Virus record (IMG/VR): IMGVR_UViG_3300007346_007337
Location: 1-24,258 of that record
DNA from: a virus
Lineage: Duplodnaviria; Caudoviricetes
Direction: 5' to 3' (one strand)
DNA: 24,258 nucleotides
Each line of letters starts with the position of its first letter. The stretch's first letter is position 1. The translations under genes were made by a program, and so were the position numbers. Below, piece after piece: positions 8,320 through 16,616 of this stretch. The notes under the pieces are model-generated. The model saw only the letters and a list, made by a program, of their open reading frames with translations. It was not told where the DNA came from and did not search any database.

Positions 8320-8637
8320 ATGGCGATCACAGTATTGAAAGGCCGCAAGCTCGGCGATCAGGTAGCAGGCGGATCCGAGGTCCGTGGCTCTATCGCTGGC
8401 CCAGCCAGCTACGCAACCGGTGGCTTCGCTGCCGACATCGAAGCCGATCTCGGCGTCGCTGCCGCAGACATGGACTACTGCATCGTGTCGGCCACAGGTG
8501 GCTACATCGGCGAGTTCGACGGCAACAACGACAAGGTCATCGCGTACGCTAGCGGTGGCACCGAGGTCAGCGCCACTACCAACCTCAGCGGCGAGACGTT
8601 CTATCTCACCGTGAAGGTGAAGAACACCACAGCGTAA
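8320..8637 (+). CDS. putative capsid decoration / minor structural protein (105 aa)
   Basis: Follows the MCP with the same RBS context; Gly/Ala/Thr-rich beta protein with GPASYATGG and GTEVSATTNLS. Confidence 0.65.
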   Translation: MAITVLKGRKLGDQVAGGSEVRGSIAGPASYATGGFAADIEADLGVAAADMDYCIVSATGGYIGEFDGNNDKVIAYASGGTEVSATTNLSGETFYLTVKVKNTTA

Positions 8638-8669
8638 GCACGCGCCACACGGCGCACTCAACAACCCTA

Positions 8670-8690
8670 AACTCCCCGTCCCCAGGAGGT
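8670..8690 (+). repeat. 21-bp leader motif AACTCCCCGTCCCCAGGAGGT, copy 1 (includes the RBS)
   Basis: Exact match to 11995-12015. Confidence 0.9.
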
Positions 8691-8697
8691 AACCGAC

Positions 8698-9345
8698 ATG
8701 AGACACTTAGACAGCTTACTCGACGATCTACTCGCCCTACGACCTCACGACAGGCCCACGTTCTTCCAGATGCGTGGCGAGCAGGAGCGTGAGGCCATAA
8801 TGGCGATGTGGGCCGAGTCACCAAGGCTACGAGCCACTGACATTTGTGCACTGCCCCAACCCTACCAGGCCGAGCTTGTCTCGTTCGTGGTGGGCGATCC
8901 TCAGCGTGGCAGGCCCGGTGTGGGTGGTGTGTTTCGTGTCGAACCGACTGGGAAGCCAGTCAACCTGGAACGCGGCAGCATGGGCAACAAGCGCAAGTTC
9001 GACACGATCACGAAGGCCACGTTCTTACCGGCTGATCGTGCGATTCATGCGCTGCTCTGTTATGGCCCGGATGCCGCGAACGAAGCCGCGCGTGGGCGAC
9101 TGCGAGAGGTGAGCGAGGAGCAGGCCGAACAGCCCGCACCTAACGCACCCATCGCAGCCGACCCACTGGCGGCTACCCAATCTACACCACCCCGCGAGAC
9201 AGCGAAGGCCCGAGCGGCACGCGAGCTCTACGAGGAGCTCGGCGATCTCGAGGCGGTGTCACAGCAGCTCTACCCCAAATCGAAGCAGCACCCAAGCCCG
9301 GTGATCCGTCGCTGGGCGGCTGAATTCGACTGGCCACTGGCGTGA
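8698..9345 (+). CDS. hypothetical protein with a C-terminal HTH-like domain (215 aa)
   Basis: AGGAGGT RBS; Pro/Ala linker then KARAARELYEE.GDLEAVSQQL...VIRRWAAEFDW. Confidence 0.7.
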   Translation: MRHLDSLLDDLLALRPHDRPTFFQMRGEQEREAIMAMWAESPRLRATDICALPQPYQAELVSFVVGDPQRGRPGVGGVFRVEPTGKPVNLERGSMGNKRKFDTITKATFLPADRAIHALLCYGPDAANEAARGRLREVSEEQAEQPAPNAPIAADPLAATQSTPPRETAKARAARELYEELGDLEAVSQQLYPKSKQHPSPVIRRWAAEFDWPLA

Positions 9346-9353
9346 GGTGAACC

Positions 9354-10040
9354 ATGATCCCAGTCGCGATACAGGACAGAACGAGCACACTTCAGATCCG
9401 GCACGTCGACCCCGACACCGGCGCTGAGATCACGCTGGCCAGCGGCACGATCACGATTTACGACGACGGCAGCAGCGAGATAGTACCTGCTACAGCAGTG
9501 ACAGTCTCGGGCTCGCTGGCGTCGTACTCGCGTACCTGGCCCGAGGCGTCGTTCGAGCTCGGCAGGTATCGCGCGGTGTGGTCCCTTGTCGATGGCTCAG
9601 CAGTCACCCGGCTCGAAGACTTCTACTTCGAGGTGGTGCTTCGGCGCTTCAGGCGTCCGATCAGCGAAAGTGACTTCGCAAGCCGCTACCCGTACCTCAC
9701 CAACCTGCTCCCGTCTGGCGCTACGCTGGCCGCGTACCTCGACGGCGCGTGGACCGAGCTCGGGAACATCCTCTACGCTCGGCTCGGTGAGTACCCAGGC
9801 AATCTGCTCTACCCGGAGCAGCTAGCCAGTGCGTGCGAGCTACTGACAGTCAGCCACATCCACCGGGCGATCATGATGGCAGTCGGCACCGAGGACGAGC
9901 TCAAAGCGACGCAGTATCGCGAGCTCGCCTTCCAGGCGCTCGACACGGCGCTGTCGTTCGTCCGTCTAAACCGAGACGACGATCGCAACCCAGATCCTCG
10001 AGAGTACGGCGTGTTCGGCGCTGGGGAGCTGATCCGGTGA
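9354..10040 (+). CDS. putative head-tail adaptor with an N-terminal Ig-like beta-sandwich (228 aa)
   Basis: GAGGTG RBS; beta-rich N-half (GRYRAVW...EDFYFEV) and helical C-half resembling gp6/gp15-type adaptors; position after the head genes. Confidence 0.6.
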   Translation: MIPVAIQDRTSTLQIRHVDPDTGAEITLASGTITIYDDGSSEIVPATAVTVSGSLASYSRTWPEASFELGRYRAVWSLVDGSAVTRLEDFYFEVVLRRFRRPISESDFASRYPYLTNLLPSGATLAAYLDGAWTELGNILYARLGEYPGNLLYPEQLASACELLTVSHIHRAIMMAVGTEDELKATQYRELAFQALDTALSFVRLNRDDDRNPDPREYGVFGAGELIR

Positions 10041-10450
10041 GTCTGACGCAGGCCATAACCGAGGTGAAGGCTCGACTCGATGGGCTGTCGCTGACTGAGG
10101 ACCCCGACAAGCGCGAGTTCACACTGGCCGCGTCCTCTAAGACGAGCATCGACGGCCACTACAAGCTGAAGGTGGACTCTGTCGGCAACCCCTGGCCCGA
10201 GCTCTCGCTGAACGCGAACGCCTGGTACTGCCAGGTTGAACTCGAGGTCAGCACCCTGATGGGGAACGACCAGACAGCCAGCACGATCACAGCCGACACC
10301 AGGGCGCGAGCAATACGCGAGAGCCTGCACTACACCGGGCTCACCTACGGGTTCGTCTTCGACTTCGAGGAGCCACGGCGCGTCGACGTGCCGAACAACC
10401 CGAGGCTGAGGCTGTGGGTGTGGCGCTTCAAGCTCAGATACCAGGAGTAA
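10037..10450 (+). CDS. putative tail terminator / neck protein (137 aa; GTG 10037)
   Basis: GTGA overlap with the previous stop; helix-beta-helix-beta pattern ending in FKLRYQE; just upstream of the major tail gene. Confidence 0.6.
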   Translation: MSLTQAITEVKARLDGLSLTEDPDKREFTLAASSKTSIDGHYKLKVDSVGNPWPELSLNANAWYCQVELEVSTLMGNDQTASTITADTRARAIRESLHYTGLTYGFVFDFEEPRRVDVPNNPRLRLWVWRFKLRYQE

Positions 10451-10455
10451 CAGCG

Positions 10456-10611
10456 ATGAGCAGGATCAGACGAGGGCCGAACGATCAGCCCGCACCAACA
10501 CCAACGCAGCCAGCGGCACCCGCCGACGATCTGGCACCTACCCCAACACCCGAGCCCGAAGAGGCCGTAGAGATCGAGGAGTCAGACGACGATGGCGACA
10601 ACGACGAGTAG
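10456..10611 (+). CDS. small Pro-rich, acidic disordered protein (51 aa)
   Basis: AGGAG RBS before ATG 10456; fills the gap between the terminator and tail tube genes. Confidence 0.55.
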   Translation: MSRIRRGPNDQPAPTPTQPAAPADDLAPTPTPEPEEAVEIEESDDDGDNDE

Positions 10612-11983
10612 CTTCCCCAACGTGTCGAAGGCGGTAAGCCTGGTGGCGTTCACACCAGAGGTCAGCCAGGGCACCAAGAACGTAAAATTTGAAGTGGCCA
10701 CAGGGAGCGGCACTAGCGTGACTGTGAGCACTGGCGGATCAGGGCGCGACGACGCCGCACTGGCAAACGCACCTGACGACCTGTTTAACGGCTGTCAGCT
10801 CTACGTCGTCGACGGCTCAGCAGCGGGCGACCTCCACACGATCACCGACTTCACGGAGTCAGGCGGCACCGCGACATTTACCCTCGGCAGTTCGCTGAGT
10901 TCGGCTATGACGTCGGGTAACGTGATCTGGGTACTGGCCCCACTGCCCGCGTCCAACTTCACGATCGCACCCACCACCGAGAACCTCGAGCGCGACTTCC
11001 ACCGGCTGGGTCTCGACAAGGCCAGCCCGGTGAAGGGCATCAACTTGAACAACGGCTCGACCGACGTCGAGGTCATGGGGCTCGTACAGGAGTTGGGCAA
11101 CGGCGACACCTACACGCTCGACCGGTACAGTCAGCTCATGGCCTGCTTCGGCTCACAAGACTCGTACGCTGGCACACTGATCAGCGGCGGCAGCAGCACC
11201 ACTACACGGTGGGACGTAGCCGACGCTTCGGGCTTCAGCGTCAACGACATTGTGATGTGTAACGGCGAGGCGCGACGTGTCACAGCAGTCGACACAGCAT
11301 CGACACCCGACAACATCACTGTCACACCAGCAGCCAGCCAGGAACCCGACGACCTCGACGAAGTCTTTGGCTTCGAGGTCACCACACCGGACGACACTGG
11401 CCACCGCAGCGTCACCATGCTGTTCCTTCAGGATGACCAGCTCATCGAGGCTGCGGGCTGTGTCCTGAACATCGGCATGTCAGCAACGTTCGGCGAGATC
11501 GCACTGTTCGCAGTCGACTGGGACGGTGAGACGTGGCTCGTTACAGACGCTGTGACCCTCGGCACCCAGCTCGCGAAGAACCCGATCGGCGTCACTGTCG
11601 CGTCAGCCTACTTCGGCACCACCGAGATGTGTCTGAACAGCTTCAGCTTCGACCTGGGCCACGGACGCCAGGAGATCAGAGACGCTTGCTCAAACGGCGT
11701 GCGCTACTTTGTGCGCGAGCGAGCCAGCACACTGCAAGTCGTGTTCCGTGACAAAAACAAGGTGCCTCTCGAGACGTGGCAGAAGACGGGCACGAAGGCC
11801 CGACTCCTGCTTCAGATCGGGAACGCTGCTGGCGCTGTCGTCGTGATTGAAGGATGGGCCACAGTCGGCGACCCCATTGGAATGGCCGACGTTGGTTCAA
11901 CCCAGTACTGGGATGCCACGTTCCAGTTCTTCGACGATCAGACCAGCACCACACCAACTACCGCGCGCATTGCTCGCGGCTAA
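10592..11983 (+). CDS. major tail (tube) protein with inserted beta-barrel domains (463 aa)
   Basis: Precedes the chaperone/TMP; Ser/Thr/Gly/Asp-rich; tube-like C-half (GCVLNIGMSATFGEIA, LNSFSFDLGH, LLLQIGNAAG). Confidence 0.78.
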   Translation: MATTTSSFPNVSKAVSLVAFTPEVSQGTKNVKFEVATGSGTSVTVSTGGSGRDDAALANAPDDLFNGCQLYVVDGSAAGDLHTITDFTESGGTATFTLGSSLSSAMTSGNVIWVLAPLPASNFTIAPTTENLERDFHRLGLDKASPVKGINLNNGSTDVEVMGLVQELGNGDTYTLDRYSQLMACFGSQDSYAGTLISGGSSTTTRWDVADASGFSVNDIVMCNGEARRVTAVDTASTPDNITVTPAASQEPDDLDEVFGFEVTTPDDTGHRSVTMLFLQDDQLIEAAGCVLNIGMSATFGEIALFAVDWDGETWLVTDAVTLGTQLAKNPIGVTVASAYFGTTEMCLNSFSFDLGHGRQEIRDACSNGVRYFVRERASTLQVVFRDKNKVPLETWQKTGTKARLLLQIGNAAGAVVVIEGWATVGDPIGMADVGSTQYWDATFQFFDDQTSTTPTTARIARG

Positions 11984-11994
11984 CACTAACACCC

Positions 11995-12015
11995 AACTCC
12001 CCGTCCCCAGGAGGT
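11995..12015 (+). repeat. 21-bp leader motif AACTCCCCGTCCCCAGGAGGT, copy 2 (includes the RBS)
   Basis: Exact match to 8670-8690. Confidence 0.9.
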
Positions 12016-12021
12016 TCACAC

Positions 12022-12441
12022 ATGGCAGGCTTCGACCTTACACGGCTTTACGGTGGCCGCACTCAGATCCACTTCGACAGCAGCGATCCAGACGCCCCAA
12101 TCATCGCGTGGTGTCACTACCCCACGCCCGAGGAGTCGGCGCAGGCGTTCCAACACGCTGGCCTAACACTCGACGACGACGGCGGGATCGAGTACCCGAG
12201 TGACAACCGATTTGAGATCGCGCCAGCGATGGCCCGCGCTCATGTGGAGCTGGCCTGCCTATGTATCGACGACGTCGAGAACCTGGACGACTGGCCGTCT
12301 GTCTGCACCGAGATCGCTCCGTCTGGACTGACTCGGCTGACAGCAGCGGCCATCGCTCTCCTCCCACGCCTGGCGCTGCGTAAAATCGGCGAGCAGATGT
12401 GGGAGCTCTCACAGGTGAGCGAGGAGGAGGGAAACGACTGA
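12022..12441 (+). CDS. tail assembly chaperone (lambda gpG analogue, 139 aa; ATG 12022)
   Basis: AGGAGGT RBS; acidic; between the tail tube and TMP genes; ends EEEGND* across a slippery site. Confidence 0.82.
   Translation: MAGFDLTRLYGGRTQIHFDSSDPDAPIIAWCHYPTPEESAQAFQHAGLTLDDDGGIEYPSDNRFEIAPAMARAHVELACLCIDDVENLDDWPSVCTEIAPSGLTRLTAAAIALLPRLALRKIGEQMWELSQVSEEEGND
12429..12435 (+). other. programmed -1 ribosomal frameshift site G GGA AAC
   Basis: X XXY YYZ heptamer in the correct phase, two codons before the G stop; the -1 frame stays open to 12839. Confidence 0.85.
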
Positions 12442-12839
12442 GGGCCGCTGCGTTCTGGCCGTACGTCCAGGAGATCCAGCGACCCGGTAACGACTGCGCG
12501 AAGTGCCGAACGTCACAGACGTTGCGCTCGGCATGGGGCTGTGAAGGCCCCAGTCGTGCAGGGCCCTGGGGCCAGGGGTTCACGTATGATCTGGGCGGCA
12601 CCGTGATCAATCGGTGCCCGCTCAAACTGCTCCGACACCCGTGGACCCAGGCTGTGCTTGCCCTGTTTGGTAGCTACCGACACGGCATCACGCCCAACGG
12701 CAGCGGGCTGAGGCACGAGACGCTACACTATCAGCGAGCCATGCAGGCGATCGAGAGCGCCAGCAGCGAGGCTGAATCCTGGTACATGAAGAAGCAGAAC
12801 GACAGGAGGCCCGACAGTGGCAACATTCGGCAGCGGTGA
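12435..12839 (+). CDS. frameshifted C-terminal part of the tail chaperone (gpT analogue; G-T fusion 12022-12839, about 272 aa)
   Basis: Open -1 frame lacking a convincing own start; contains CAKC, WGC and RCP cysteines; overlaps the TMP start. Confidence 0.8.
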   Translation, partial: RLRAAAFWPYVQEIQRPGNDCAKCRTSQTLRSAWGCEGPSRAGPWGQGFTYDLGGTVINRCPLKLLRHPWTQAVLALFGSYRHGITPNGSGLRHETLHYQRAMQAIESASSEAESWYMKKQNDRRPDSGNIRQR

Positions 12840-15759
12840 GCAACTCGAGATAACGATGGTGGTCGACTCCACCCAGGCCGAACGCTCGGTTGAGAAAGTG
12901 GGCAAGGCCGTCGACAAGGTCGAGAAGGAGACCAAGGGGCTCAAGGACGAGTTCAAGGCCACTGGCACCCGAGCCAAGGAGAATTTTGCAAAGGCGGCTG
13001 TGGCCGTCGCGAAAGTCGGCGCAGCAGTGGCCCTGGGTGTCGGTGCGTTTAAGGCGATGCAGGCAATCGTCGCCCGTGTCAACACGCAGTTCGACACCCT
13101 GGCGAGCGCGAAACTGTTCAACGTCACGCTACAAGACGCCAGCCAACTCCAGGGCGTGCTCAGCGACGTTAAGACGCAGTTTGAGGCGCTGTCACTAGCC
13201 ACAGAGGCCGCACAGCTTGGGTTGAGCCAGGAGGAGATCCAGCGATTCGCGCACCTGGTTAACATACTGGCCGCAGTCACGGGCGAATCGAAAGCAACGC
13301 TCGAGGCGAGGCTGAAGACAGGCCAGATCACGGCACGCGAGCTCGGCGCACTCTCCAAAATCACCGGCGAGGTGAAGACCCAGGCTGGGCTACAGAACCA
13401 GATGCTACGCCAGCAGGCTGCACAGGGAGGCGCAGCGCTTGGACAGGGGCAGCGTATCCAAGCGCTCCTACAGTTTACCGGGGCCAGCGCAGCGATGGAG
13501 CGCAGCCTTGGCGAGCTCGGGAAGGCCAACCCGTTCGACGAGATCGCGAAGGATCTCAGGAGCATCGGTGAGGGTATCGTCAAGGATCTCATGCCAGCGA
13601 TCAGGGACTTCGCAGACGCGCTGAAGGGTTTGAAGGGTCCGATCCGAGACGTGGCTAGCACAGTGACCGGATTTCTACAGAAGTCAGCCACGGGCTGGGC
13701 TCAACTGTACGTTCGGATCACGAAGGGGCAGGCTGCGCTGGACGCGACGCTCCGAAACGCAGCAGCAGCGGAGCAGCAGCGACAGCAGCGAGCTCAGCAG
13801 GCTCTCGAGGACCGGCTCGAGGCCGAGCTTGAGGCAGTGAAAAAACGGTACACGGCAGAGGGCCGGGCAGCAGCGGCAGCAGAGCGACGACGCAAGGCTC
13901 AAGCCAAGGCACGCCAACAGGCACAAAGCGAAGCATTGCAGGAGCAGATCGCCAGGCAGGGAGCAGCACGAGCAGCACTGCGAAATTTCGAGCGTTCAGC
14001 ATTGGCAGCGATCTCGGCACAAGGTGCGGCAGGCATCGGGCCAGTTATTGCGGGCATGGCCCAGGCTCTCGAGCTTGCGAAGCAGTTCACCGCACAGCTC
14101 GGGCCAAACTTTCTAGAGGCTACGAGCAAGAGCGCTCGTCGAGCCCAGTTCCTGGTGAAGTCGGCAATGGAGGCTGGGCTGGGTGGCCTCGACAACATGA
14201 TCAAAGGCGAGCAACAGCGCACCAACAACCTACGCGCAGCCCTGCTGGTGAGTCAGTCACAGGTCAAGGAACAGCAGGTACAGAACGAGCTCATCAACAA
14301 GCGCAAGACACTGGGCCAGGCCGAGGTAGCGATCAACCGAACGATTGCAGTGCTCGAGAAGTCGCGCAGCGATCTGGCCACACGCCAGATCAACTCGCTT
14401 CTCAACACACTCGAGATCGTCAAGGCCGAGGCCAAGGAGCAAGAGAAGCTACTCAAGCTCACCCTTCAGCTCGCTAAGGTGGAGGAGAGGGCGTCTCTCG
14501 CGTCCCAACGTGTCCAGGCCGCACAAGCCGAGGCCAGCGCCACAGAGCAGCTACGCACGGACCGTGAAAAACTCGCGCAACTGGACGGTTTCATCGTCAG
14601 GGACCGGGGTGATGCTGCCCTGGCGACGATGAAAGATCTCGAGGCGCAAGCTGAGCTACTCAAGATTGAGATCGCTCGACTCACTGCGCGTCGAAAGCTG
14701 GCGCAGACAGACGCTGACCGCAAGATCCTGGCGAAGCAGATCAAGGAGGCCACCAACCTACGCAAAGTTGTGAACCAACGAGCCGACACGCAGGCCAAGA
14801 TCGCTCTGAGCCAGTCAGCCCAGGCCAAACTTGCAGCGGAGCAGTACCGGCTCGAGCAGCAGCGCCAAGCACTGACGCGGAAAGGCCAACTCACCGAACA
14901 GCGCGCACGAATCGCAGGACTCCAGGCGGGTGTTTCAGGCCAGCCCGGCGAGGTACCAGCGATGGCTCAGGTGCGAAGCCTGCAAACCCAGATTGCCGAG
15001 CAGGAGGCGACGCGACTTAGCCTTGAGAAACAACGCCGACAGCTCAACCCAGCCAGCCAGCAAGCCCAACGCATGGCGGCGCAGATCACGTTTTTGAAGA
15101 CGTCCGTCGACCTCAGGAAACAGGAGCTCGACGTCACGAGACAGCAGGTGCAGCTTGAGGAGTACCGGCGCACTGGCCTAGGGGCGTTTGTCATGACGCT
15201 CCGTGACTCGGTGAGAAACACCACAGCCGAGCTCGGGCAGCTCGCGGCGAACCAGTTCCTGGGGCTTGCCCAGAAGATCAGCGGAGCGTTCAGCACGATT
15301 TTCACCGACATGATTACGCAGCCAGAGCAGGCGCTCTCCAACTTCGGAAAGTCGATCTTGAGCGCGCTCGGTGACGTGGCGCTCTCGTTCGCTGCCGTGT
15401 TCGCAGCGAAAGCAGCGGGCTTCTTGGTGGTGCCAGGTGGGCAGGCCACAGCGGCGGGATTGTTCGGAGCGTCGGCAGGCTTAGGCGTCCTTGGTGGGCT
15501 TCTGAAGGGCGGCGCTGCCGTCGTGGGTGGGCAGGGCCAGTCTAGCACTAGCACGGCACCATCCAGCACCTTTCAAGCGAGCGTACCGGGCCAGACGCCA
15601 CCTCAGGAGGCTGAACGTCAGATCGTGATCTTCAACAACATTAACTCGGTGCCGTGGCGTCGGGCTCGCGATACAGCGCCAGCCGAGTATCGCTCGATGG
15701 CTCGCTGGGCTAAGGCGCAGGCCAGGGCCACCGGGATCAAAATCGGAGGGCTGGGCTAG
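12817..15759 (+). CDS. tail tape measure protein (980 aa)
   Basis: AGGAGG RBS; longest ORF; Ala/Gln/Leu/Lys-rich coiled coil with Gly/Ala hydrophobic segments; follows G/GT. Confidence 0.9.
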   Translation: MATFGSGEQLEITMVVDSTQAERSVEKVGKAVDKVEKETKGLKDEFKATGTRAKENFAKAAVAVAKVGAAVALGVGAFKAMQAIVARVNTQFDTLASAKLFNVTLQDASQLQGVLSDVKTQFEALSLATEAAQLGLSQEEIQRFAHLVNILAAVTGESKATLEARLKTGQITARELGALSKITGEVKTQAGLQNQMLRQQAAQGGAALGQGQRIQALLQFTGASAAMERSLGELGKANPFDEIAKDLRSIGEGIVKDLMPAIRDFADALKGLKGPIRDVASTVTGFLQKSATGWAQLYVRITKGQAALDATLRNAAAAEQQRQQRAQQALEDRLEAELEAVKKRYTAEGRAAAAAERRRKAQAKARQQAQSEALQEQIARQGAARAALRNFERSALAAISAQGAAGIGPVIAGMAQALELAKQFTAQLGPNFLEATSKSARRAQFLVKSAMEAGLGGLDNMIKGEQQRTNNLRAALLVSQSQVKEQQVQNELINKRKTLGQAEVAINRTIAVLEKSRSDLATRQINSLLNTLEIVKAEAKEQEKLLKLTLQLAKVEERASLASQRVQAAQAEASATEQLRTDREKLAQLDGFIVRDRGDAALATMKDLEAQAELLKIEIARLTARRKLAQTDADRKILAKQIKEATNLRKVVNQRADTQAKIALSQSAQAKLAAEQYRLEQQRQALTRKGQLTEQRARIAGLQAGVSGQPGEVPAMAQVRSLQTQIAEQEATRLSLEKQRRQLNPASQQAQRMAAQITFLKTSVDLRKQELDVTRQQVQLEEYRRTGLGAFVMTLRDSVRNTTAELGQLAANQFLGLAQKISGAFSTIFTDMITQPEQALSNFGKSILSALGDVALSFAAVFAAKAAGFLVVPGGQATAAGLFGASAGLGVLGGLLKGGAAVVGGQGQSSTSTAPSSTFQASVPGQTPPQEAERQIVIFNNINSVPWRRARDTAPAEYRSMARWAKAQARATGIKIGGLG

Positions 15760-16610
15760 TGCCGACACTCGCAATCCCCTATTTTTGGGGGCAGATCACC
15801 ATCACAGCAGGCAGCAACGACCGGCTAGACTGGGCCGAGGACAACGGGACCACCGTGCTGAACCTCGATACTACAGTCCCAGCGGGCACCTACTGGCCGT
15901 ACAGCGCGACAGCCAGCGAGAGTCTGGCCTACCAAATCGCCAACGCGCTCACTCTCGAGTCAGCAGCGTCGGGCTACTCCGGCTCCTACAGCGTGAACGT
16001 GGAGGACAGCAGCATCCAGATCACAGCAGCAGGCGGCACGCTGGCGGGGTTCTACCTGAAGACCTCGACTGCCGAGAGTGACAAACTTCTCACCGGCGGT
16101 GACGTGGACGAGGGCGAGCAGGGAGCGAACCACTACGGCTGGATCGTTGACGCCTCGGGGGTATACCCAGGCGACGATCTCGCGTTCGACAGCGACACGA
16201 TCCCATGTAATTGCTGGCACCCGAAAGGCCCTGTGACGAACACCACTGTAGTGGCAGGCGACGACCTGCGCTACACCAGCGGTGTGTCTCAGGTAGAGAC
16301 GCTTGGCGGGCGTGTTGTCGTGCGTGACTTCACCGGGGCCATTGCACCCAACGAGGTGGCCTACAGAGAGCGGCGAGTCCTCCAGACAAATTTCCTGACG
16401 GACGACGACCGTGAACGGTACGTCTCACAGTTCTGGCTGCCGTACGCGAAGACCGGCAGTAAAATCAGGTACATCGCCGACAAGACGCAGCCTGACGACT
16501 ACGAGGAGCGCCACCTGTTCGGCGACTCGCTCAGCACACTGGCCCCAACTCGCCTCCCTGGCTACCCGTATTTCGATCTGACGATCGAGACAAAACTCTG
16601 GAAGGCGTAG
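15759..16610 (+). CDS. putative distal tail (Dit-like) protein (283 aa)
   Basis: First gene after the TMP, overlapping its stop; beta-rich; C-terminal YFDLTIET. Confidence 0.6.
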   Translation: MPTLAIPYFWGQITITAGSNDRLDWAEDNGTTVLNLDTTVPAGTYWPYSATASESLAYQIANALTLESAASGYSGSYSVNVEDSSIQITAAGGTLAGFYLKTSTAESDKLLTGGDVDEGEQGANHYGWIVDASGVYPGDDLAFDSDTIPCNCWHPKGPVTNTTVVAGDDLRYTSGVSQVETLGGRVVVRDFTGAIAPNEVAYRERRVLQTNFLTDDDRERYVSQFWLPYAKTGSKIRYIADKTQPDDYEERHLFGDSLSTLAPTRLPGYPYFDLTIETKLWKA

Positions 16611-16616
16611 ACGACG

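Noticed and set aside
8207-8320. Readthrough or frameshift extension of the capsid protein into the decoration gene
   Set aside because: The MCP ends in a double stop TGATAA with no slippery heptamer, and the next gene has its own strong RBS
8642-8655. Hairpin GCGCC-acac-GGCGC after the decoration gene as an intrinsic terminator
   Set aside because: Only a 5-bp stem and no U-tract; cannot be supported as a terminator
12723-15569. Several long minus-strand ORFs (e.g. 322 aa and 200 aa) opposite the tape measure gene
   Set aside because: Ser/Ala/Cys-rich antisense translations of a repetitive coiled-coil gene; the window is otherwise consistently + strand
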